A stretch of DNA of 64,000 nucleotides from Bryobacterales bacterium (GTDB lineage Bacteria; Acidobacteriota; Terriglobia; Bryobacterales; UBA6623): assembly GCA_963422375.2 (NCBI GenBank), contig CAXXKD010000001.1, forward strand, positions 384,001-448,000, written 5' to 3'. This document shows positions 32,408-43,100 of this stretch, piece after piece (the first letter of the stretch is position 1; each line of letters starts with the position of its first letter). The notes below the pieces were generated by a model. The model worked only from the letters and a program-made list of their open reading frames with translations, did not search any database and was not told the DNA's origin. The position numbers and the translations under genes were made by a program.

Positions 32408-33586
32408 ATGCAGATCGAACACATCGCCATACGGAACTACCGGGCCTTCAGGCACGCGGAATTCGAGAAGTTGCCGAGGATGATGGCGGTAGTCGGCGCG
32501 AACGGTACCGGCAAATCCACGTTTTTCGACGTGCTGACGTTCCTGCAGGACGCACTGGCCCGGAACGCGGAATCAGCCGTCGCCCGGCGCGGGGGGTTCC
32601 GCGAGCTGGTCAGCCGCGGACAGAGCGGACCGGTGGGAGTGACGATCAAGTTCCGCGAAGAGGACGGACCGCTCGCCACCTACCTGCTGGACGTGGCCGC
32701 GAACAACGGCCGCGTGGTCGTGGAGCGGGAAATCCTGCGCTACCGGCGCGGAACGGGCGCGGGGCGGCCGTGGCACTTCGTTGACTTTTCACGGGGTTCG
32801 GGACAGGCGATTACGAATGAAGGCGCCTATGGCGAGCCGGGCGCCAGGATGGAAAGGAAGGCATACCGTCTGGGCGATCCGAGCATCCTGGCCATCAAGG
32901 GTCTCGGGCAGTTCAGCGAGTTCCGGGTTGTATCCGAGTTCCGGAGCATGATCGAGAACTGGCACGTCTCCGATTTCCACATCGCCGACGCCAGACCCAG
33001 TGCGGAAGCCGGCTGCGCCGAGCACCTTTCCACCCGCGGCGACAACGTGGCGCAGGTTGCGCAGTACCTGTACCGGAACCACCGTGAACGCTTCGAACGC
33101 GTGCTGACCGTCATGCGGCGGCGCATCCCCGGGATGAGCCGCGTCGAGGCGAAACCGACCGAAGATGGCCGGCTCGTTCTGCGTTTCAAGGACGGCAGCT
33201 TCAGCGATCCATTCATCGCCCGCTACGTTTCCGACGGCACCGTCAAGATGTTCGCCTATCTCGTCCTGCTCCACGATCCCAAACCCCATCCGCTGCTGGC
33301 GATCGAGGAACCGGAGAACCAGCTCTACCCGGAACTGCTGGAAGAGCTGGCCGAGGAATTTCGCGACTACGCCCGGCGCGGAGGCCAAGCGTTCGTGTCG
33401 ACGCACTCGCCCGATTTTCTGAACGGCGCACGGATCGAGGAGATCTTCTGCCTAGTCAAGCGGAGTGGTTTCACAACCGTGCGGCGGGCGTCCGACAGCG
33501 AAACGCTGTGCCGGCTCGTCGACGAAGGCGACCGGCCCGGTGCCTTGTGGAAGCAGGGGCTGCTCGAGAACGCGGATCTCCCATGA
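32408..33586 (+). CDS. ABC-type AAA ATPase (AAA_21/AAA_15-like)
   Basis: GANGTGKST, SDGT signature, IEEPENQLYP, VSTHSP. Confidence 0.9.
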   Translation: MQIEHIAIRNYRAFRHAEFEKLPRMMAVVGANGTGKSTFFDVLTFLQDALARNAESAVARRGGFRELVSRGQSGPVGVTIKFREEDGPLATYLLDVAANNGRVVVEREILRYRRGTGAGRPWHFVDFSRGSGQAITNEGAYGEPGARMERKAYRLGDPSILAIKGLGQFSEFRVVSEFRSMIENWHVSDFHIADARPSAEAGCAEHLSTRGDNVAQVAQYLYRNHRERFERVLTVMRRRIPGMSRVEAKPTEDGRLVLRFKDGSFSDPFIARYVSDGTVKMFAYLVLLHDPKPHPLLAIEEPENQLYPELLEELAEEFRDYARRGGQAFVSTHSPDFLNGARIEEIFCLVKRSGFTTVRRASDSETLCRLVDEGDRPGALWKQGLLENADLP

Positions 33587-34161
33587 GCCGCGTCATCTTC
33601 CTGCTCGAGGAACGCTCGATGAAGGCGCTGCTCGAGAAGCTTCTTCCGCGAGTCGTCCAGGATCTCCCGTTCCTCTGCGTGCCGCATGAAGGAAAGGCCG
33701 ATCTGGAAAAGAGTGCGCCTAGGAAGATCCGCGCATGGAGGGAACCGGGTGTGCGGTTCGTGATCGTGCGGGACCAGAACGGCGGCGACTGTCGCGCCGT
33801 CAAGAGTCGATTGTTGCGTGTGTGTCAATAGGCCGGACGTACCGATGTGCTCGTGCGCATCGTGTGCCGTGAACTTGAAGCCTGGTACCTGGGAGAATCC
33901 GCTGCGCTTGCCGACGTGTACGGCGACGACGGACTCCGGGGAATCGAAAGGCAGGCGCGGTTCAGGGACCCGGATGCGGTCGCGCATCCGGCTAGGGTGG
34001 TGTCCGATCTGGTCTCGGAATTCCAGAAAATCTCCGGGGCGCAGCAGCTCGGCGCACGCCTTACTCGGGAGGGGAATCGGTCTCGCAGCTTCCAGGTGTT
34101 GCTGGATGGATTGGATCGCATCGCCACGGAGTTGCATGCGAGTCGCCCTGTGCAACGATGA
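33583..34161 (+). pseudogene. DUF4276/RloB-like TOPRIM-fold protein with one in-frame TAG (33829-33831)
   Basis: IFLLEERSMKALL, HEGKADL, VRDQNGGDC, ELEAWYLG, NRSRSF; both halves in the same frame. Confidence 0.75.
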
Positions 34162-36656
34162 GGACTGTGCGGAAGAAGCTGATCGAGGTCGCCCTGCCGC
34201 TCGACGCCATCAATGCGGCGGCGGCGCGGGAGAAATCGATTCGCCACGGTCATCCCTCGACGCTGCATCTGTGGTGGGCGCGGCGGCCGCTGGCGGCGGC
34301 GCGGGCAGTCCTCTTCGCGCAGCTGGTGGACGATCCGTCGGCGCGTCCGGACCTGTTTCCCACGGAGAAGGCCCGGGAGCGGGAACGCGAGCGGCTGTTC
34401 GGCATCCTCCGGGACCTCGTCGTGTGGGAGAACACCACCAACGAGACGGTGCTCGAGCGCGCGCGGGCCGAGATCCGGCGGAGCTGGCGGCGGGCGTGCG
34501 CCGAGCACGCCGGCCATCCGCGTGCGCCCGAACTGTTCGACCCGGATCGCCTGCCGGCGTTCCACGACCCGTTCGCGGGCGGCGGTTCGCTGCCGCTGGA
34601 GGCGCAGCGCCTCGGCCTCGAGGCCCACGCGAGCGACCTGAACCCGGTGGCGGTGCTGATCAACAAGGCGATGATCGAGATCCCGCCGCGGTTCGCGGGC
34701 CGGGCGCCGGTGCATCCGGATGCCCGGGCCGAGCGGAACCTCGTCGAGAAGGCATGGCGCGGCGCGCGGGGGCTGGCCGAGGACGTGCGGCGCTACGGGC
34801 GGTGGATGCGGGAGGCGGCGGCGGAGCGGATCGGGCATCTGTACCCGGCGGTGGAGGTCACGCCGGCGCTGGTGCGGGAGCGTCCGGACCTGCAGCGGTA
34901 CCAAGGCCGCAAGCTGACGGTGATTGCGTGGCTGTGGGCGCGGACGGTGCGGAGTCCGAACCCGGCGTTCGCGGACGTGGAGGTGCCGCTGGCGTCGACG
35001 TGGATGCTGTCGACGAAGAAGGGCCGGGAGGCGCATGTCGAGCCGGTGATCGAGGGGCGGGGGTATCGGTTCGAGGTGAAGGTCGGCGCGCCGCCGGATG
35101 CGGCAGCTGCCAAGCGGGGCACGAAGGCTGGCGGCAGCGGCAAGCCTTTCCTCTGCCTGATGTCGGGAACGCCGATGCCGTTCGACTACCTGCGGGCGGA
35201 GGGCAAGGCGGGACGGATGGGTTCACGTCTGCTCGCAGTCGTAGCGGAGGGCGACCGCGGCCGAATCTACCTGTCGCCAACTGCTGGGCAGGCACTCGCG
35301 AGCCATGAAGCCAAGCCGGGGTGGACTCCGGAGACCGATCTGCCCCAAAGGGCGCTCGGTTTCCGCGTTCAAGAGTACGGGATGCTTCGCTGGCGGGACC
35401 TCTTCACATCCCGCCAGCTTGTCGCCCTCACTACCTTCTCCGACCTGGTGGGGGAGGCGGTGGATCGCGTCCGCCGCGACGCCGCGGCGGCAGGGCTGCC
35501 CGAGGACGGCAAGCCGCTGCGCGACGGCGGGACGGGCGCGACCGCGTACGCCGAGGCGGTGTCCCTGTATCTGGCGTTGGCGGTGGATCGATTGGCGATG
35601 AGTGGGAACAGCCTTGTTCGGTGGAACCCCGTTGGACAAAAAGCTCAACACTGCTTTGGGCGGCAAGCGCTTCCGATGGTGTGGGATTACGCCGAACCAA
35701 ATTTTCTGGGAACCGCCACGGGCAGCGTCGACGCCGCCATCACGTGTGTGGTCGACCCTCTGACTATCGCCCTGCCTCCGCACGTACCTGGGGTGACTGA
35801 CCAAGCGGACGCTACGACAAGAGAGCTGCAGTCGTCGTCACGGATGATCTCAACGGACCCACCGTACTACGACAACATCGGCTACGCGGACCTGTCGGAC
35901 TTCTTCTACGTCTGGCTCCGACGGTCCCTGAAGCCGGTGTTCCCCAATCTGTTCGCAACGCTGGCGGTCCCGAAGGCGGAGGAACTGGTCGCCACGCCGT
36001 ACCGGCACGGGAGCAAGAAGGCTGCGGAGGACTTTTTTCTCGACGGAATGACACAGGCGCTTCAACGGCTCGCGGAACAGTCTCATCCCGGCTTCCCCGT
36101 GACGGTCTACTACGCCTTCAAGCAATCCGAGCGGAAGGGGGATGGCGGCATCGCCAGCACCGGCTGGGAAACATTCCTGTCCGCCGTTATCGGTACCGGC
36201 TTCGCCATCACCGGCACGTGGCCGATGCGGACCGAGCTGGGCAACCGCATGGTCGGCATGGGCACCAACGCCCTCGCCTCCAGCATCGTCCTCGTGTGCC
36301 GCCGGCGCCCGGCGGCCACGCGCCGCGAGTTCCTGGCCGCCCTGCGCGCGGAGCTGCCCCCGGCGCTGCGCCTGCTGCAGTCCGGCAACATCGCCCCCGT
36401 CGATCTCGCCCAGGCCGCCATCGGCCCCGGCATGGCCGTTTACACGCGCTACGGGAGGGTGCTGGACGCCGAGGGCCGGACGCTCTCGGTGCGGGAGGCT
36501 CTCGCGCTGGGCGCTCGAGTGGTTCGCGCAGGACGGCTTTGCCGAAGGCGGATTCGGAGACGCGGAGACGCTCTCCAAGGCGAAGAACACCGACGTCGCC
36601 AGCATCGTGTGTTGGTCAACGCGGTCCTTGAAAGGCGACGCACTACTCATTGTTAG
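34158..36656 (+). pseudogene. DUF1156 methyltransferase, second inverted copy, C-terminally truncated
   Basis: Motifs I and IV intact; 65-bp deletion at CGCGCTG (36503-36509) causes a frameshift; homology ends about 36609. Confidence 0.88.
35505..36127 (+). repeat. 623-bp inverted repeat, arm R
   Basis: Reverse complement of 26645-27267. Confidence 0.9.
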
Positions 36657-36735
36657 CAAGCTCACAGGCACCGACCTCGCGAGTCCGAACCCGATCTGTT
36701 GAGTCGCCACCTTGAGTGGATTCTTGGAGTTACAC

Positions 36736-39700
36736 TTACTCCGATTCGAATCCTTGACTGCTGAACTTCAGCGTGCGGCAGTTCTCTGTCACCGTTCGCA
36801 CGACGTGGTCGGGCGCGCCGTTCGGAATGGCCGCATCGATCTCGATCGTGACTGTGACGCTCGCTCCCGTGAGGCCAGCGAGGTGGGCAACCACTTCTTC
36901 AGAGATCCGGCCGGCGTCGCGCCCGGTGCGAGCGGCGTCGACCCCGACCGTGCCATGAAATCGGGCCGGACGTGGAGCAGGTGGCAGCGGTGGGCTAGGC
37001 CCGCGCCCAGGCCCAGTTACTCCGCCCTCGCTCTCTTGGTCGTACGGCGGGCGCGGTGTGTCAGTTTCTTTCTCCGCATCGATCTGTCGTTGAGCGACAT
37101 CGGCCTTGACTATCAGTCCGGCCGAGTACTCGTCGTTGAGGTTGATGATCTGGCCGCCACGCAATCCCACATAGCGACCGGTCTGTTCGTCGAAACTGTC
37201 CGCGTACCCGAAGCTATCGTCAATCCACGTCACTAGCCCGACGCCGTCGGCGACGGCTTGTAGCAAGACTGCAGGATCCAGCAGCCGCGGCAGGTACGGA
37301 TACTGTGCGAAGTCTTCTATGAGCTGCTGGACCGCCACGTGGTTTCCCCTCCACAGCGGTATCTGATCAAGTGCCAGCCGGAGTCGCGTGCCTGCGAATC
37401 GATGGGCTAGCACGTCGTCTCTCCTGAGCCGTTCGGCTACGCGGGCCGCTAATCCTTCCTTTCCGGTCAACCGCGTAGCTTCCAATGTGATCGGATCGGT
37501 CGGCGCGTCCTGGACCGGGGCTAGCAGCCACTGATACGTCTCCGGAAGCCTAGCTTCGACTGTTTGGTTAGCTGTGTTCACCTGCGTCTCCGCCTGTTTC
37601 ACCTGATTGGGCGAGAGATTGAGCGCCTCCCGCTCTGCAACGATCGAGCTCCACGCTATGTGGCGGCGTACCGCATCGTCAAGGTCTTGAAGCCTCGTCT
37701 TGTCCGGTGCAAGGAAGACGAGACAATTGCAGTACAAGCGCGGCGCGGCCCCCCGTGACTTGAGAATGTCATTGGCCGCAGTCTCCGCCGGGGAGTCGCC
37801 ACTTCTTTGGTGCGGGTGCTCCGTCCCGAGCACTACCAGGCGCGTCTCCCGCTCGTCGGGGACGTCGTGGCCGGATTCCGGCGCGCGATGGATCCCTCGA
37901 AAACCACCGGTCTCTTTGAGTGCATCGCGCAGTGCAGCGCTGATTGCTTGCGCCACGCGGTCCTCGTCGCCGCGGAGCTGCTCGGCACGGTCCTCGGCAA
38001 GTTTCGTAACGGTCGCCCGCGTGTCGTACCAGTACCGCGACCCGTCTTGGTACAGGTACGTGGCCGAAGCGGCCAATCGTCGAAGCGCATCGCCGAAGAC
38101 AGCCGGCGTTTCGCCTGGGAGCACGCAGCCGAGCTTGATCCTCCTGTCATCGAGGCCGCGGTGGGCCGCGCCCGCCGTGGGTGCCGATCCGAGATAGAGG
38201 GCACGTGCAACTCGTCGGCAAGCCGAGAACTTGCCCAAGGCTGCCACGTTGCTGTCTATCCGCTGTGGAAGGGCGTTCTGGCCGTCGACATCCTTCTCGA
38301 TCACGGGCGTCCAGTTGTCCGGCAGGTAGCGGGTCAGTTCCGACAGCACTTGCGGGTCGTCGATCGACAGGTGGGCGGGCAGGATCAACGGGTTGCGGTC
38401 GCCCTTTTCCCACAGGCTGTGGATGACCGCCGCCATCAGCCTCAGCACGCCCCGGGTGCGCTGGAACGTCACCAGAGTTGACCAATCGGTGTACAGTCGG
38501 TCAAAAATCTCTGGGTGGATCGGGTAGGCGGCCCTCAGCCGCTTCTCGTAATCGGCATCCCGACACTCCGACGGAAACTCCTGATGCGCCGTGCGATAGA
38601 GGCGGGCGAACGTCTGGGCGACGACGTCGCGGTCCTTGAATTGCTCGGGGGCGGCTAGCGGTTCGAACAATCGCCGCCGGACGATCTCGAACCCCTCCTC
38701 GGCACTGGCCGGCCGCCACGACGACTCGACGCGCCCGACGACGTTCCGCAGGCGTTCGAGCGCTTCCCGACCGCGGTGCCCGCCCACCTCCACGTCGTCC
38801 AGCTGCGCATGGGGAAACCCTGTTGTGTCCGAGGCCGGGAGACTAATCACGAGCAGGCAGTTGCCAACAGCCTTCGCCGACTCGGTGAGCGCTTGGGCGA
38901 AGGTGAACTGGGTCTCGAAGCTGCCGGCTGGCAGGTCGCTCTGGTCGTGGAGCTGGCGCGCGTAGGCGACCCACTCGTCGATCAGGATCAGGCAAGGCCC
39001 GTGATCGGCAAGAATCTGGCGGAGCCTGTCGCCTGGGCTCGTCGCATGCTTGTCGTCGTCGGCTACGCGCGCGTACGCACGTGCGCCTCCCATCTGCCAC
39101 GCCAACTCGCCCCACAGCGTGCGCACGACCGTGCCGTCGGGCTTGGTGACGGGATTGCCTGGCGAGATCTTGTTGCCCACTAGGACGACCCGCCTCGCGG
39201 ACGGCAAGCTCGTTGCATCCGCCTCCTGAAGCACCGCTTCAATGCCTTCCAGTTCGCCTGGCATCGTGCCGGAGAACAGGTGATACAGGGCGAGCATCGA
39301 GTGGGTCTTGCCGCCCCCGAAATTGGTCTGAAGCTGGACCACGGGATCGCCGCCGCGACCGGCGAGGCGCCGCACTGCGCCGACCAGCATTCCTCGGAGG
39401 CTCTGCGTGAGGTAGGTGCGACGGTAGAACTCGACCGGATCGCGATAGGCGGGGGTCCCTTCGTTGAGGTGGACCTGCCAGAGATCAGCGGCGAATTCTG
39501 CCTGCTGATACCGCCCGCTTGCCACGTCTTGGTGCGGCGCGACCACCTCGCGCCACGACTTGAGCCCTCCGGTCGCGGCGCTGCCGATGGGGAGGCTGGC
39601 CTGCTTGCGTCGTTCTCCCCGCGCCTGCTCGTCGAATCGGACGCGCAGGAGCTCCATCTTGAGCCTCTCGACGTCGGTTGCTTGCGTGGCCGAGACGGCC

Positions 39701-40062
39701 GTTAGCAGGAGGTTTGCAGTGTCGAGCACGCGGTACGCGTCGTCGCTGGAGAACCGCGCCTGATGCGCCCAGCGGTTTCTGTGGTCCCGCAACTCGGCGA
39801 CGAAGCTGCGCTCGGCTCGTCCGAGAGTTTCGCGGAACACCTCGTTCCACGTCTCCCACATCAGCTTGAGCAGCAGTTGGACGTCCCAATCGGTCACTTG
39901 CCGCTGGCCGATCGGGGCGCTTTCCACGAAGCGCTGCAGCGTGGATCCGTCCAGGCGCCGCGACTTGATCGCTTGCTGCACCTCTCGCCTTACGAACGGG
40001 CCGAGCCCTGCCCTCAAGAGCTCAAGCGCTCTTCCGACGCGCTCGTGGTTGGTGGCCGCCAT
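36736..40062 (-). CDS. DUF499 AAA+ ATPase with N-terminal Swt1-like HEPN domain
   Basis: RNRWAH (RxxxxH), LQTNFGGGKTHSM, ILIDEW, EIVRRRLF, YPIHPE, FQRTRGVLR. Confidence 0.9.
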   Translation of the reverse strand: MAATNHERVGRALELLRAGLGPFVRREVQQAIKSRRLDGSTLQRFVESAPIGQRQVTDWDVQLLLKLMWETWNEVFRETLGRAERSFVAELRDHRNRWAHQARFSSDDAYRVLDTANLLLTAVSATQATDVERLKMELLRVRFDEQARGERRKQASLPIGSAATGGLKSWREVVAPHQDVASGRYQQAEFAADLWQVHLNEGTPAYRDPVEFYRRTYLTQSLRGMLVGAVRRLAGRGGDPVVQLQTNFGGGKTHSMLALYHLFSGTMPGELEGIEAVLQEADATSLPSARRVVLVGNKISPGNPVTKPDGTVVRTLWGELAWQMGGARAYARVADDDKHATSPGDRLRQILADHGPCLILIDEWVAYARQLHDQSDLPAGSFETQFTFAQALTESAKAVGNCLLVISLPASDTTGFPHAQLDDVEVGGHRGREALERLRNVVGRVESSWRPASAEEGFEIVRRRLFEPLAAPEQFKDRDVVAQTFARLYRTAHQEFPSECRDADYEKRLRAAYPIHPEIFDRLYTDWSTLVTFQRTRGVLRLMAAVIHSLWEKGDRNPLILPAHLSIDDPQVLSELTRYLPDNWTPVIEKDVDGQNALPQRIDSNVAALGKFSACRRVARALYLGSAPTAGAAHRGLDDRRIKLGCVLPGETPAVFGDALRRLAASATYLYQDGSRYWYDTRATVTKLAEDRAEQLRGDEDRVAQAISAALRDALKETGGFRGIHRAPESGHDVPDERETRLVVLGTEHPHQRSGDSPAETAANDILKSRGAAPRLYCNCLVFLAPDKTRLQDLDDAVRRHIAWSSIVAEREALNLSPNQVKQAETQVNTANQTVEARLPETYQWLLAPVQDAPTDPITLEATRLTGKEGLAARVAERLRRDDVLAHRFAGTRLRLALDQIPLWRGNHVAVQQLIEDFAQYPYLPRLLDPAVLLQAVADGVGLVTWIDDSFGYADSFDEQTGRYVGLRGGQIINLNDEYSAGLIVKADVAQRQIDAEKETDTPRPPYDQESEGGVTGPGRGPSPPLPPAPRPARFHGTVGVDAARTGRDAGRISEEVVAHLAGLTGASVTVTIEIDAAIPNGAPDHVVRTVTENCRTLKFSSQGFESE

Positions 40063-40151
40063 TTCCAACAGTCTATCTGTAGGCTGGCCACCGGCCCGGA
40101 ACCGCTTGATCCTCTGCTGGCGCCGTGCCGTCGGATCGGGCTTCGGCGCAG

Positions 40152-43100
40152 CTACTGCGGCTCCTCGGCCATCGCCAGCAGGTCCTTCATCGCGTAGTTG
40201 ACGCTCGCGGCGTTGAAGTCCGGCTCGCGTCGGAACGGCCGTCGGATGTAACCGACGTAGGGCTTCCGATCATCAAAGAAGAGGATGATCGCGAGAATGA
40301 AATTGTCCGGGTTGTTCAGCGAGTAGAGGATCTCGTTGCGCGTGACGGTGATGGTGTCCGCGTCGCTCCGTCGCCCCTTCACCTCTATGAACCGGAGCCT
40401 GCCGGAGGCCGGATCGCGGCTCTCGATGTCGTAGCCGAGCTTCTCGTACTCTCGGTCGGTCGGCTCGCGGCCGAGTCCGCGCTCGGTCTTCATCACAATG
40501 GACCGCGCTCGGGCGGCAGCCTCCTGCGTCTTGGCAGGCGGCTCTGGGACCGGTGCCCCTCCGGCCATTTCTGCGACCAGCCCGCGGGGGACGATCAATG
40601 CGCCGCCGAGCACGACCGGTGGACGCGGGGAGATCTGCGCCTCCCGGTCTAGCTGTTTCAGACGCTTCTCTAGTCGGGCTTGTAGGCTGTCCGCGCGGCG
40701 GCGCGCCTCGGCGGAATTTAGCCGTGCGCCGGACTTGCCAGCCTGCTCGGCCAGCTTGAGTTCCTCGGCGCGATGGTCCCAGAACGAAATCTCCTTGGTC
40801 AGGCGATCCTTCACTGCGGCCTTGGTCTTCTCGATCAGAGCAACGCGTGCGTCGCGGACTTCCGCGACGTGCTTCGGGACCACATGGACAACTGCGTGGC
40901 TCTGCACTCCCTGCTCGATTTCCCGATTGATCCATTTGCACTCGGCGCGTTCAAGGATAGTGGCCACGTCGGGCTCGTCCGCGGCCAGCGGCCGGTAGTC
41001 GAGATAAGGCGCGATGTGCAGATGCCGCATCGCGCCGTCGGCATGGCGCTCGACGTAGAGGACCCGCTTCGAGATGACCCGGCGCTCGCCCGTGCGGGTC
41101 ACGCTTCCGTCTTGCAAGGAATGCTCGATGGAGAAGAGAACTCGTGGACCCGTGCCGTCGTCGCGCTCGTCGACGAGGACGGTGCCGCGCTTGAGCAGGT
41201 CGCGATGGCGTTCCAGTGTCAGGTCGATGACCGCGTCAAGCAGAGGATGGCCCGGGCACACCAAGGCCGCTACCGGTTGGCGCGGCGGCGCGACGAGCGT
41301 TTTCTCGAACGCAATTCGTTCGTAGCGCGCGAGCACTGGCGCTCCCGTACCGCTCACTCGCTCGCGCCCGCGGACTGCCGGAGGGACATGGGTTACTTCG
41401 AAGCGGCGCGCCTCGCGTTGCCGCGCCGTGCCTCCGAGCCGCTGGAATGCCTCGCGAAAGAACGACTCGATGTAGTGCGGTTGGAGGCGGCGCGCTTCGG
41501 CCCTTTCCATCTCCTCGCGAACGCCCTGCACCCTGCGGGCGTCCATCGCGTCGTGGACGAGCTGCCTCTCCGCGAGCAGTTCCCGCAACGCGTCTTGGTC
41601 GAGCGCCTGATCGACGACCTTATCAAGGCGAGCACGCACCTCCGGCTGTCCGCCGTACCGAATAGCATCGAGTAGCAGCTCGCGTAGGGGACGCCCTTGG
41701 AACTCCAGCTTCCCGAGCACGTCGAACACTTGGCCGCCGAGCGCCTCTCGCGCTTGGTCGAGCTTTTCTAGCAGACGTTCGTAGACGTCCCCCTCGCGAG
41801 TCTTGTCGGCTACGAAGTTCCACAAGTGGCAGACCTCCGTCTGACCGATACGGTGGATGCGGCCGAATCGTTGTTCCAAGCGGTTCGGATTCCACGGAAG
41901 GTCGTAGTTCACCATGAGATGGGCATGCTGTAAGTTGATTCCTTCTCCTGCGGCGTCGGTTGCTAGGAGCACCCGGACGTCCGGGTCGTGCCGAAACGAT
42001 TCCTGAGCCGCGAGCCGTTCTTTGCGGCCCATGCTGCCGTGGATGACGACGACCGCCGACTCGCGGCCCAGCACGGTCGTGATGCGATCGCGGAGGTAAT
42101 GGAGCGTGTCCCGGTGCTCGGTGAAGATGACGAGCCGGGGCGGGGATGGCGACAGGCTTGCGCCGCCAGCGGAGTCTGCGACCGAACGTGCGGCTGCCTG
42201 CGTCGCTGAATCAGTCGAAGTGATTTTCGTGCCGAGCAGGCTCGCTAGCTCGCGCCATTTCGTGTCCAGGCGGGAATTGCGGACGACGCGGGCAAGACCC
42301 TGCAATTGCTTGAGTGTCTCGATCTCCGCGCGCAACTCCCTGATCGAACGTGCGGCTGTTGCTTGGTCGCCGATGCGTCCCTCGGCGTCGTGGCTCTCCT
42401 GTTCAGGTAGGTCGTCAAGGTCGTCAAGGTCGTCTCGGTCCAGCTCCGGGGCTGCGAAGAGCAAAGCCGGCTCTAGCTTGCCGCCGCGCTGGAGTTCCTC
42501 GAGCTCGCGCAGTCGGCTCTCCAGGCGCTCCCGTCGACGGCGCAGGGACTCGTATATCGCAGCCGGAGACGACGCGAGCCTCCGCTGGAGGATGGTCAGC
42601 GCGAATCCGACAGTCCGCGCCTGCTTGGCGTTCGCGAGCGCGTCCGCCCGATTGAACTCCTCGCGCACGTAATCCGTCACTTTCGAGTACAGACGGTCCT
42701 CGTCATCGGACAGCTTGAACGGTACGGTGTGGGCGATTCGCTTCGGAAACAACGGCTTTCCGTCGAACGTCAGCAGCCTCTCCTTGACCATGCGGCGCAT
42801 CAGGTCCGTGACGTCTACTGTGTGGACGCCGTCCCGGAACCGGCCCTCGAAGCGGTCCCCGTCCAGCAGGGCAAGGAATAGCTGGAAGTCTTCGTCCTTG
42901 CCGTTGTGCGGGGTTGCTGTCATTAGCAGGAGATGGCGGGTCAGGCCAGAAAGGAGTTGGGCCAGCCTGTACCGCTTCGTGTACTTGATTTCCCCGCCGA
43001 AGAAGGTTGCCGAAAGCTTGTGGGCCTCGTCGCAGACCACAAGGTCCCAGGCTGCGTCCGGTGCCTGCAGCTTCTCTTGGACGGTCTCGTCGCGCGACAG

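Noticed and set aside
30227..32455. 742-aa minus-strand ORF and many other long overlapping ORFs
   Set aside because: Antisense or alternate-frame shadows typical of high-GC DNA
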